A DNA stretch of 21,324 bases from Octopus sinensis (GCF_006345805.1 NW_021823614.1:1-21324), one strand, 5' to 3'. Shown: positions 1-10,707, counted from the stretch's first letter. Made by a program: numbers and translations. The notes: generated by a model from the sequence alone, not told the origin.

Positions 1-273
1 TATCAGGAGCGTTTAGAAAATAGTCCGCAAGAGAAAAATAAACTAATCTCACTGCAAAATATATAATGCAAGATTTCCAGAAATCAAGTTGCCGAAAGCA
101 AATTGAATGTTTACAGTATACTCCATAACAGTAATCGTTATCTCATATAGACACAAACGTCTAGTTTGGAATAAACGCCAAAACTTACAAAAGTAGATAA
201 TGCCAATAACTTCAGTATATAATAATCCATAACGCCTCGGATCAGAGAGATTCTATCAAATTGTTCTCAATAG

Positions 274-353
<80 letters not shown>
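274..353. repeat. (TCTA)n microsatellite
   Basis: Near-perfect tetranucleotide run with one interruption near 320. Confidence 0.97.
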
Positions 354-401
354 GTCTCGATTTCTCTCCCCTGATATTTTAAGGTGTATGTTTACATATA
401 C

Positions 402-532
402 ACGGATGTGTGGCTTCTACATGCATGATTCGGGTACAAGTTCACTGCGTGGCACCTTCGTTAGATGTTCTCTATTATAGTCTCGGACAGAGAAAACCTT
501 GTTTTTGCTTGACGGAATCGGAAAGAAGCCTG

Positions 533-536
<4 letters not shown>
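402..536 (+). mobile_element. Degenerate 5' half of the tRNA/CORE-type SINE (family C in this window)
   Basis: catgattcgggtacaagttcactgcgtggcacctt...tatagtctcgg...gacggaatcggaaagaagcctgttg aligns with the minus-strand copy at 2582-2749 and the copy at 10901-11065. It ends where the family's internal (TA)n begins. Confidence 0.75.
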
Positions 537-598
<62 letters not shown>

Positions 599-640
599 TG
601 AGAGAGAGAGAGAGAGAGAGAGAGAAACAGAGAGAGAGGG
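537..640. repeat. (AT)n followed by (GA)n
   Basis: Direct reading. Confidence 0.97.
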
Positions 641-1207
641 GGAGAATGACAAAGTAGTTAGAATCTTGGCTGATTATATATATATATTTTAGCGCTTTCT
701 TCCGTTATCAAATTCACTAAAAAAAAGTGCCTTACAGTAAGTTTACTTGGCATTTTTTATATATAAAACTGAAAGTGATGATATTTTAGAGAGGAAGAGA
801 GGGAGGGGGGAGAGAAGAAGGAGAAAAGAGGAAGAGAAAATAAAGAAGAAAAGGTTTGAGAGAGAGTTGAGGCGTGGCTTTTTATCATTGTGGTCAAATT
901 TGCTTGATTCAATGTTATTTTTTTTCTTTTTAAGTGACCTTTGGCAGGAAAGAAATTCTTTGTATTCCAGAGGTCAAGGCTTTTAATTGGAAGGCCAGAT
1001 GTTTTTTGATTTTTCCTCAGTAACAATTGTAATTTTATTTCAAGCTCCATTAATGTTAGGAAGGGAGAATGGTTGTAAGGATGCAGTGTGTTTTTTTTTA
1101 TAAACCTGAACTTTTCAGTATAAAACTGAACTTGTAATCTGCACATTTCTCCATAGTTCAGCGTAGATTTTCTCTTTTTCCCTGATCTTCAGCTTTATGA
1201 GTAGCTA

Positions 1208-1208
<1 letters not shown>

Positions 1209-1238
<30 letters not shown>

Positions 1239-1285
1239 TGTATGTATGTATGTATGTATGTATGTATGTATGCATGTATGTATGT
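1209..1285. repeat. (TATG)n microsatellite
   Basis: Direct reading; one TGCA variant. Confidence 0.97.
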
Positions 1286-1831
1286 AAGGTCACTTTCGAG
1301 TGCTACTGGTAACATTTAACCCAGTAGAACCTGTTGCATGGTCGAGTCGTTGGCGACTAAACCGGCAACCCCAGCAAGCTTGCTTGGTGAGGAGGGTCTT
1401 TATTGGACGCCCCGTGGGATGAAAAACAAAACCCGTCAAAGGGCGGAGGAACCCATGAGAGTCAACGGCCATCCAATACATGTCTTAAGGCTGTATCATG
1501 CGCGGGGACATAGAAATAATCGGACTGAATACCCGATCGCGCAGTTAAACCATTAGGAGTGAAGGACTCCTAGCCTTTGTTAGGGCATCTTTCTAGGAGA
1601 AGGTAACTAAGGTAACTGGGATGGCTCCGACATGAAACCTGCGGCTCAGTGGTTACCGATAATGTTGACTTGTTCTTCTTTGGGGATTATGGCTGCTGTT
1701 GCTTAGTGAGTGGGATTGACTCAGTGCACAGCCATTCCTGACTTTAAAACAAAATCTTCTTGCACAGGCATTGCACGATAACAACATTGATTAAGCTTCG
1801 ATAACGAGGGGGCAGACATCATGTATGTATG
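1286..1831 (+). mobile_element. GC-rich structured interspersed element, probably a non-autonomous RTE derivative (5'UTR joined to 3' end) with (ATGT)n tail
   Basis: Sharp GC increase with TATG repeats on both flanks and many hairpins. gggcatctttctaggagaagg resembles RTE-clade 5'UTR motifs and cttcgataacgagggggcagac resembles RTE 3' ends (both from memory). No EN or RT coding sequence is present. Confidence 0.55.
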
Positions 1832-2082
1832 AATGTTCATAGGAGTTTTGAAGAATATATTATTCGAGCGGACAACGTGATTGCTTCCAGTCGTGTTCCA
1901 TATCTATCAGTATTTACCGTTTATGACTACTATGAATCGTCACTCACCCTGTAAATTCGCTCAATTGGTAATTCCATGTTCGCTTCTCTGCATGGTAAAA
2001 TTATATGGAGCGTAGACAAGCAATAATTACTGCAGCAAACAATATGAAATCTTGTTCATCCTCATAATTTGTTTCCTTTCAG

Positions 2083-2153
2083 TTTACAATTTCATACTGC
2101 TTATTGTTATGGTTATAACGGCCTATACGTGTTTACAATGCACCGAAGAATGG
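2083..2153 (+). CDS. Weak candidate coding exon (hydrophobic stretch followed by CxxC)
   Basis: Acceptor ataatttgtttcctttcAG at 2081-82. Open phase 1->0 frame (V)YNFILLIVMVITAYTCLQCTEEW. Weak donor TGG|GTAGTT. Confidence 0.25.
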
Positions 2154-2218
2154 GTAGTTGCACATTCAAACCGGAATGATTTTTGTGCAGCATCTTTCAG
2201 GAAAATACATACATACAA

Positions 2219-2345
2219 ACATATATATATATATATATATATATAAGTATATACAGGGTAAATGCATGTATATATATATATATATTTATATGTATATGTG
2301 TGTGTGTGTGTATATATGTATGTATGTATATATACATATATACAT
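2219..2345. repeat. Compound (AT)n/(TG)n/(TATG)n microsatellite
   Basis: Direct reading. Confidence 0.93.
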
Positions 2346-2531
2346 TCTTTACTCTTTTACTCTTTCACTTGTTTCAGTCATTTGACTGCGGCCATGCTGG
2401 AGCACCGCCTTTAGTCGAGTATATCGACCCCATGACTATTTTTTGTACGTTACGGGGACGTAAACACACCAGCATCGGCGGTCCAGTGATGTTGTGGGGA
2501 GGGACAAACACAGACACACAAACACAACACC

Positions 2532-2583
<52 letters not shown>

Positions 2584-2749
2584 ATAGGACGTGCTTTTTT
2601 CCGTCTTCGTCAACCAAATCCACTTACAGGTCTTTAGTCGGCCGGAGGCTATATTAGAAGACACTTGCCTATGGTGCCACGCAGTAGAATTTAACCCGGA
2701 ACCATGTGGTCTGTAAGCAAGCTACTTACCACATAGCCACTCCTGCGCC
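2346..2749 (-). mobile_element. Near full-length tRNA/CORE-type SINE (family C) with internal (TA)n and a ~46-bp deletion in the 3' half
   Basis: Minus strand reads ggcgcaggagtggctatgtggtaag (A-box-like), ggttccgggttaaattc (B-box-like), gcaccataggcaagtgtctt (CORE-like), (TA)n at 2536-2581, then a 3' half matching 16285-16493 and ending in an aaagagt tail. Confidence 0.88.
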
Positions 2750-3136
2750 TATTTATATTTATATTGAGACGTTTTAAATACGAGACAGTTATAATCCCTC
2801 TAGATTATTGTAATTTTAGTAGATGACTATTATATATATAGTAAGCTTAACTACCAGATTATGTTATTTCATATTAAATGAGACAAATGCAACAATGCTT
2901 CGAACACACGCTCCTAATCACTGTTTGTAACCGTTGAGTAGTTTGCTCATTTTGGCACGTGAATATAGTCGGAAGCTCGCCATGTAATAGAGTTTGTGTT
3001 AAACTGGGTGAAAATGGTACAGAAACATACGAAAGTTTCTAGACTGCTCATGGACTGGCTAGTATGAGCCGATCCCCTATTTGTCGCTGGCGCAAAAGGC
3101 CAGTGAAGTTCACCGGGAAACACCTGAAAATCAACA

Positions 3137-3290
3137 TAGATATATATTTATATATATCGATATATATGTGTGGGCGAGCGTGTGTGTATTTGTGTGTTTG
3201 TGTGAACGTGTGTCTGTGTATGTGCATTTGTATGTATATCTACATGCGCACACCTATATACGCACGCACACACACATACATACAAATGTA
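3137..3290. repeat. Compound (AT)/(GT)/(CA) microsatellite
   Basis: Direct reading. Confidence 0.88.
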
Positions 3291-4275
3291 ATTAAGGGCT
3301 TGGAGAACGTATGAGCAGGATGAAAAACATCTATTTAGGGAAAAAGAAAGAGATTCGTAGGCAGAGGCGGAAATGTCGATAGGTAGAGAGATACAACGAG
3401 AAGTGTCAACGTGCCAATACGATTAACCTCCCTGCATAGATCAAAAGTAAGCACCCAATCAAACGTGTAAAATTAGATACATCTAAAACGAAGAAGCGAA
3501 ACAACGATGTCAGCAATTACCACCAGAGTAAAAATAAAGGCAATGAAATAAACGATATCAAAATTGCCACGAAGAGATATAAGAACTCTAATGAAAAGTA
3601 TATGTAAGAACGTTGATAAGCTTCCATCTTTCCGATATGTTTGTTTAATAGTATTACAGCGATATACACTCATTTATTTTCACTTAAAAAAACGCCTACA
3701 TACACTCAAACTCTCATAAATATATTAAGATATATGTATGCATGTATTTTCCAGATTGTGTGTGCAACGCGTTCATTTTATCCATGATTTAAGCATTTTG
3801 ATTGACAAGATATACGATATATTTATCAAAAAATATATTGTATGCTTCTTTCATATCTAGCTATTTAAAAGTCTCTCTCTCAAAACATATGTACGTTCTC
3901 AGATAATTTTTTCTTGTATTTTTGGCAAGTTGGATATTGCTAAATTTTTAAGAGAAATCGAAACGAAACTGATGCGCGGCTGCCAACATCCGACACCGAT
4001 AACTCTCATCACATCTTCGCTATTTAAAACTAATAATTGAATAAGTAAATGATATCAAAAAGTAAACATAAATGTAAGCAAATAAAACGTAAACAATATT
4101 CTTATCAATGTGTATTTTACGGGATGGAATGGTTTGCAGTGTAGGAGTTTAGAGAAATGAGAAAAATATGATAGTTTTACACTCACTATATTGGCTCAGA
4201 GCCACCTGATAGTTTGCTTTATAACGAGTTAAGTAATATTTATAGGTACGCTTGGGTGCTCAATGAAATACATGC

Positions 4276-4277
<2 letters not shown>

Positions 4278-4331
<54 letters not shown>

Positions 4332-4470
4332 TCACACACATATATACACACACATACATATACACATATTTGTATGCATATGTATATGTTATATAAGTTC
4401 TTATATCCATCTATGAAATTATTTATTTATCTTATGTATATATACATATACATGTATATGGTACGCATAC

Positions 4471-4515
<45 letters not shown>

Positions 4516-4602
4516 ATATATATATGTATATATAATATATATATTTATATATATATCTATATATATATATTATATATATATATATATATAATATGTATAT
4601 GT

Positions 4603-4674
<72 letters not shown>

Positions 4675-4678
4675 CAGA
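4278..4678. repeat. Long compound (TA)n microsatellite ending in (GA)n
   Basis: Direct reading. Confidence 0.95.
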
Positions 4679-5315
4679 GACAAATGTAAGCATGTGAACA
4701 CATACATGCTTACAAACACACGTTACAAATCCAGAATCACGTATGCAAAGAAAGAAAATAAGAAAGAAAGAGAGAGAGAGAGCGAGATAAGAAAGAGAGA
4801 GGGAGAGAGAACATTATATAGACATATAAATAAATATGTGTAGTTAGTTGCCTTTATAAACGTTTTTTTCTTCAAAATATTTTATGCTATGTATCACTGC
4901 CGAAATATATTAATATTACTATATTATCATGAAATGGAAATTTGTACTGCGTATCATGTCTATGAATGTGATGCATAAGATATTAATACATCAATATTAA
5001 TTTTTTTTTAATGAAATATAATGAACATGCTGTTAGTAATAGCAATACGATGAATATTACTATATGAAATATTTATGCTTATTTGTGCGTGTGTGTTTGT
5101 GCGTGTGTTCTTGTGTATACACTTTGATGCGTATATCAGCGTATATCTTCCCATACATACTTACAGGCATACACACATACATAATTACATAAGTGTGAGT
5201 CAGTAAACATAAATTGAAGGTCACACTCACTGGTTTGCGACAATCTATAAGAATATTTTTAAATGTTTTAAGCGGTTTTGTTGAAACGTGTAATTTTTCT
5301 TCTTCTTTATTTTAG

Positions 5316-5373
5316 TCAATATACGAAAGCAACAAGCGAATCGGTCATTGGCAGACAAGAACGTTATCAACAG
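5316..5373 (+). CDS. Candidate internal exon (58 nt) of an unidentified gene
   Basis: Very strong acceptor taatttttcttcttctttattttAG (5314-15) and donor CAG|GTACGG. All three frames are open (SIYESNKRIGHWQTRTLST / QYTKATSESVIGRQERYQQ / NIRKQQANRSLADKNVIN). Confidence 0.5.
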
Positions 5374-5479
5374 GTACGGAATGAAATACGACACGGAATA
5401 TTTTTTTGGCTTATATGCATACACATATTCGCATACATATAGAGACATACACAAACATAGCTATGTATAATATATATGA

Positions 5480-7280
5480 TATATGTATGATGACGAAAAT
5501 GATGCTGATGATGATAACAATACCACGGAACGAAGAAACCTTCTAGAAATTGTCCATAATTTCAGCAAGGACATCGGGATAAACATGGGACTGCTCAAAT
5601 GTGGCAAAGGGACAATTAGAAGACGCAAATTAAACAGTAATGAAAACATTGCACTTGATATAGACACTGAAACACAAATATCTAGGATTAGAGGAAACAG
5701 TTAAAATACGATTCACAGAAATAAAGGAGAAAATTAGGAGAGAGTGTTACAGGGGAGTTACACTAATATAAAACACTGGACGCAAAGCTAAATGTAAGAT
5801 AACAGGGATAAATATGCTAGCTGTATCAACCATAACTTACAGCTTCAACATAGTGAAATAGAAGATCAATGAATTGAGAAATTTGGGTAGAAAAAATAAA
5901 ATATACAGAAAACTATTAATAACATCAGAGTCACCATCTGAAAGGAGACACAGAAAGAATATATCTACCATGCTCATGAGGATGCCGTGGCCTGATGCAG
6001 ATAGAGAATTATTATAAAATAACGTCGGTTGGGCTAGAAAAGTACTTATATACAAAATGCGGAAATCTACTACATGTAATAAGACAATACTAGAGAATGG
6101 AAACACTTTTATCTATATACAAGGAGGTGGCAAAATACAAAACAGAAACAAACTACACTGATACACTCAACTCAATATTACTAAAAAGCAGAAATGTTCA
6201 CAGAAAAACAATAACATGAAAGCAGAATTTAAAATTATACTAAAGATGAATTGAGGTAAATAATCATTTCATGGTCAGTACCCTGCAAGTCTTGACACAG
6301 AAGATGTAAGCCCCAGTAAGAGTCAACAAAGCTGGAACTGAAGGACTGATTCTCGTTGCACAAGACCAATGACTGACTACAGACAACTATAAAAATAAAA
6401 TAATGAAAACAGGCGCTAACGCCAAATGTAGAATGTGCAGCCAACACAATGCGAGAGTTGACCATATCATCTCTGGCTGTCCAGTTCTTGACAAATCTGA
6501 ATATATATACAGACACGACCGAGTAAGTAGTTATATCCACTGGGCAATATGTTAACACTGCAATGCAGAAACTGACAATAACCGATATAAAGGTGTGCCA
6601 AAAGAGGAAGAAGACAACGACCAGGCCACAATCTTCTGGGAAATACCTGTTCAAACCGACAAAGAAATATAAAGTTATCGCCCATAAATGATAATTAGGG
6701 ATCGGAAAAACAACACCTACTGACTGTTAGACATTGCACCCCTTTCAGTCCAAAATACAAAAAAGAGTATAATATTTGTCAGATTAGAAAAGGCTTGAAA
6801 TTGAAGTATTCAATATGTGGGACATGAAGGTAAAAAGCAATGCCAGAAATAATTGGATCATTGTGCATGATAAAAAAAATAAGATATGAACAAAAACGTA
6901 GAAGCTATACCTGGATCCTCAACACTACACAAAAAATAGTCCTGCTAGGAACAGCACACATACTACGCAAGATCCTATCAATTCAATAATGCATCTAAAT
7001 AACAAATTCCACAAACACAGGAAACACTGTATACAGCAGGTATCCAATGAAATAAACTTCTACCAGCAGGCCGGATTACCCAACCCATTGCAGCACAACA
7101 CAATGCTGATGCTAATACCGCAAAAGATTGCACTGCACCTCATAAAAACAACAAAAAAGAAACTGACGCAACGCAACACTGAGAATTGTTTCCACACTCC
7201 AACCAACAAAAAAGAACACACAATACTGCACCCCCCCCCCAGCAACACGGAGGTGTAGCAGTTGAACAATAATAATTATA
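5480..7280 (+). mobile_element. 5'-truncated, decayed R4/Dong-clade non-LTR retrotransposon (RT C-terminal part, CCHC finger, restriction-like endonuclease, 3'UTR, AAT tail)
   Basis: Conceptual translation across stops and frameshifts: YM(Y)DD (5480-94), LLEIVHNFSKDIGINMGLLKC, KEKIRRECYR, INMLAVSTITYSF, ERIYLPCS*GCRGL, FHGQYP, KAGTEGLILVAQDQ*, CRMC..HIISGC (6427-6480), RHDRVSSYIHW, RP*MII...LLDIA (PD..D), and VLLGTAHILRKILSIQ* (stop 6987-89). The tail aataataat starts at 7268. Confidence 0.95.
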
Positions 7281-7353
7281 AAAACGGTAAGGAGTCTATA
7301 GGTATGAATATCTTTAAGCATAAAGTTTATTGCAAGAGAACATCTAATTTTAG

Positions 7354-7405
7354 AATTAAGAATAAGAAACGTGCTGATAATGATATTATTACGAAAATCG
7401 TATAT
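7354..7405 (+). CDS. Candidate internal exon (52 nt)
   Basis: Acceptor catctaattttAG and donor TAT|GTAAGT. Two open frames (IKNKKRADNDIITKIVY, phase 2->0; LRIRNVLIMILLRKSY, phase 1->2). It lies just downstream of the LINE tail, so it may be a pseudo-exon. Confidence 0.3.
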
Positions 7406-8445
7406 GTAAGTAAGACATGGTCTAAATCAAGAAATATTATCTGGTATAATGCACGTTTTTATCGTACGTAGCTTCTAATATATCTAGGAAATTCTTTGTT
7501 GTACTACATAAATGTCTCACCCTTTCAGCTAAACACGCGAAAGTTTTAATCACCATAGAGCAAATGCTTCTTATTCAACCACCAGAAAATTGGCTTAAAT
7601 TTAAAGTAAAATTAAATAATATCTCGACTGAAGATTAGTAAACACAGGTAGAACCAATATTTACATACAACTCCCACTCACGCAGACACACATGGGATCC
7701 GTAAAGAGGAAAGGTGGTATAACTACATTCAGCTTCTCACATTCATCGTTATCATATTGAAAAGACCTAATGCAGCAAATAGTCTACAACGCGTCAGAAT
7801 TAAAACCAGTGGGAATTCACGGTTAAGATATTGTTGATGGTGATAAATTAATTAATGCCAGGTACTGTTCTCTACCCTTATTTCAATATGACCATAATAT
7901 CAGTCATAACTACATAAAAGAATGTCTCAGAAGATGCTAGTAAGATAATGATATATAGAGACAAGGTGATAACCAGAAAGAGGAAGGTCAGGTTGACTTA
8001 CCATATTATGGTTATCAAATAAAAGGGACCTTAAATGGAAAATAAAGGAGATCATATTCTGATCTAAGCGTGGAAATATTAAAAATACGGGGAAAATGTG
8101 CATCTAAACTTAGCAAAATTTATCTATTAAAATATTAAAATTAGAAAATATTAAAATCTAGAAGAATGATAGATAAAACAATGTAAGTCAAAAGAGTGAG
8201 TTACTTTTATATAAACAGAAATCTCATAATGTTTATTTCTAGCATAAAGTTAAGGTAGCCATGATAAAACTATTCGACAATGAATCTATAATAAAACTCA
8301 GACATCATCCGAGTAAGGGTATACATTTTCAGTTGAATCAAAACATATATATTATAGTGATGGTTATTGACGATTTGTCTACTTTCGGCATATTTGGCAT
8401 TAGAATTTTTTCTTTTGCCCTTGTTTATAAGTTGTATATATACAT

Positions 8446-8552
8446 ATATAGGTATATATATATATTATAATATATATATATATATATATTATATATATTA
8501 TATATATTATATATATATGTGTGTGTGGTGTGTGTGTGTGTGTGTGTGTGTG
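8446..8552. repeat. (TA)n/(GT)n compound microsatellite
   Basis: Direct reading. Confidence 0.93.
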
Positions 8553-8677
8553 TTGTGTACATCACCTGGATTCGCCACTATTGCTTTGCAGATGTATCTG
8601 CGTTTCTATTAAGAAAAATTTCAATTCGTTTCCATCTCAGAACGAGCGTTCGACCGTTTCGCTACACTTTCGGGTTT

Positions 8678-8891
8678 ATATATACATACATACACAACAC
8701 ACACACACCATACACGCATACACATACACACACGCGCACACTCACACACACACACACCCATACACACACACACACACAAACATACACGCATACACATACA
8801 CACACGCGCACACTCACACACACACACACCCATACACACACACCACACCCACACACACACACACACACACCACACACACACACACACACAC

Positions 8892-8940
<49 letters not shown>

Positions 8941-8947
8941 TATATAT
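8678..8947. repeat. Degenerate (CA)n with a 72-bp higher-order duplication, followed by (TA)n
   Basis: catacacgcatacacatacacacacgcgcacactcacac occurs at both 8709 and 8781. Confidence 0.93.
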
Positions 8948-9400
8948 TCGACTTGTTTTCTTCAAAATGGTCGGAATAAGTAAAAATAGAGGAATGGCTT
9001 TCGGAGAAAATTCATTTTACCTTCTCCTGCTTTGTGCGTCGATGATCTCAGCAATGGATGGCAAAGTCTGTCTTAATGTGATGCGCCAGCAATTCGCATT
9101 GAAAGTAGTTAAGAATATGAAAACAGTAGAAACAAGACATTAAAATCATAACAACATCTACGACAACAGCAGCAATTGCAGTAACAGCAGCATGAAATGC
9201 AACAACTGCGATAAGGACAGTAATAAAATAATCAGCAGTAACAATAACGGTAGCTTTAACGCTGCTAACACCAACCGTAAAATAAATAATGTAAAGAAGC
9301 CGCTGCCATCATTATGACAACGAGAACAACGGAGACAACGGAGACAACGGCGAAGTCAGTAACTACATAATCTACAAGGACTGCAACACCAGCAGGTAGT

Positions 9401-9867
9401 GGAGGCGCAATTGCCTAGTGGTTAGGGCAGCGGACTCGCGGTCGTAAGAACGCAGTTTCGATTCCCAGACCGGGCATTGTGAGTGTTTATTGAGCAAAAA
9501 CACCTAAGCTCAACGAGTCTCCGGCCGGGGTGGTGTGTACTCTTTCACCACAACTTTATCTCACTGTTTCTTCCTATTTCTGCCACAATGCAGAAGAACC
9601 ATGGTGCAACCCACTATGGTGTGTTAAACTTTCAGACCCTAGTCTAGATTGCGAATCCTCTGTACCCAAGGATGGTTCAGCTCTCCACTCGTTAAAAGCC
9701 ACCGTTTACTGAATGAGGATAACGACGTAGCTTTCAAGCCTGTGCACCCGTGTGTGTATCGTGTGTAGTGGGTGGATCTTCAAGTTGCCACACGCATTCT
9801 TAGTAACTTAGAGTAGGCTCGAATTAGAGATTATCTTTGTGGCTAATGGCGTGAGTCCTGTTGATTG
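9401..9867 (+). mobile_element. tRNA-derived SINE (family B); 3' boundary uncertain
   Basis: ggaggcgcaattgcctagtggttagggcagcggac with A-box-like TTGCCTAGTGG (9411-21) and B-box-like GTTTCGATTCC (9455-65). A GC-rich body runs up to the (GAA)n tract. No TSD found. Confidence 0.75.
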
Positions 9868-10150
9868 GAAGAAGAAGAAAAGAGATAGAAGAGAGAGAAG
9901 AGATGAAGAAGAAGAGGGGAAGGAGAAGAAGAAGAAGAAGAAGGAAGAGGAGAAGAAGAAGATTTAGATGGATGGAAGAAGAAGAGGAGAAATAAGAAGA
10001 AGAAGAAGGAGTGAAGAGAGAAGAAGAGAAGAAGAAGAAAGAAGGAAGAAGAGGAGGAGAAGAGAAGAAGAGAAGAAGACAGAAGAAGAAGAAGAAGAAG
10101 AAGAAGAAGAAGAAGAAGAAGAAGAAGAGAAGAAGAAGAAGAAGAAGAAG
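9868..10150 (+). repeat. (GAA)n / polypurine tract, possibly the SINE tail
   Basis: ~280 bp almost entirely A/G, with the purest GAA run near the 3' end. Confidence 0.95.
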
Positions 10151-10281
10151 CAACCTTTATGAACGATATACTTCAGGGGATTTCTCATTCTCTTGACGGT
10201 AAAATAGACGCTTTTAAAATGTCTAAAAATCACTTTGTTGGACTGGACTCATGTCAGTATCAGAAGAGAAAATGTTTAGCA

Positions 10282-10283
10282 CA

Positions 10284-10318
<35 letters not shown>
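10282..10318. repeat. (CA)n microsatellite
   Basis: Direct reading. Confidence 0.97.
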
Positions 10319-10321
<3 letters not shown>

Positions 10322-10524
10322 TTGTACATGGACACGCCATGCAAAAATTATGTATAGTAAATTTTGGGTGCCGATACTACTGCCAGCTTTATTGGAGATT
10401 AGCAACCATATATTGGTTTTTGTTTACGTCTTTAGATGTCTGGTATTATGAGGTATGCCAAAGGTATGCCAAAGAGAATAATGTGCTTCGCAGCGAACAG
10501 TTAATTGGCTCGAATTGTGCAACC

Positions 10525-10707
10525 AAGGATAGCAACTTCAAATGAGGGCGTTAGTTGATTAAATCGACCCCAGAGCTCAAATGAACTTTATTCAATTAAT
10601 GGAAATCAATGTCGACATCGGCGTGATTTGAACTAAGAACATAAAGATGGACAAAATACCACTAAACCTTTCAGCTGGAGTGCTTATGATTCTGCCAGTT
10701 AACCACG
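10525..10707 (-). mobile_element. Old, diverged copy of tRNA-derived SINE family A
   Basis: atcgaccccagagc...gtcgacatcggcgtgatttgaactaagaac...aaataccactaaacctttcagctggagtgcttatgattctgccag aligns with the array units at 18404-19138 and the head at 17207. Part of the core is deleted and the 3' end differs. Confidence 0.8.

Noticed and set aside
747-1208. ORFs 747-986 (+) and 757-1146 (-); LWQERNSL resembles an L1/Tx1 C-terminus and WPSN resembles Tc1/mariner
   Set aside because: Only isolated short motifs with inconsistent order and many stops; the 12-bp direct repeat tataaaactgaa (762, 1119) is expected by chance in AT-rich DNA.
2971-3179. RNase P RNA-like (GGAAGCUC CR-I, AGAAA, P4-like pairing with GGCGAGC)
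   Set aside because: No CR-V consensus and no P1/P2 stems; the 3' partner lies in a microsatellite.
3473-3673. Minus-strand ORF with a transmembrane-like segment (FDIVYFIAFIFTLVVIADIVVSLL)
   Set aside because: This is the T-rich strand of A-rich DNA, where hydrophobic bias is expected; no family motif.
9820-9860. GGCUAAUGG resembling the HDV ribozyme J4/2 strand
   Set aside because: The available pairings (GCCACA/TGTGGC, CACGC/GCGTG) are in the wrong order for the HDV nested pseudoknot.
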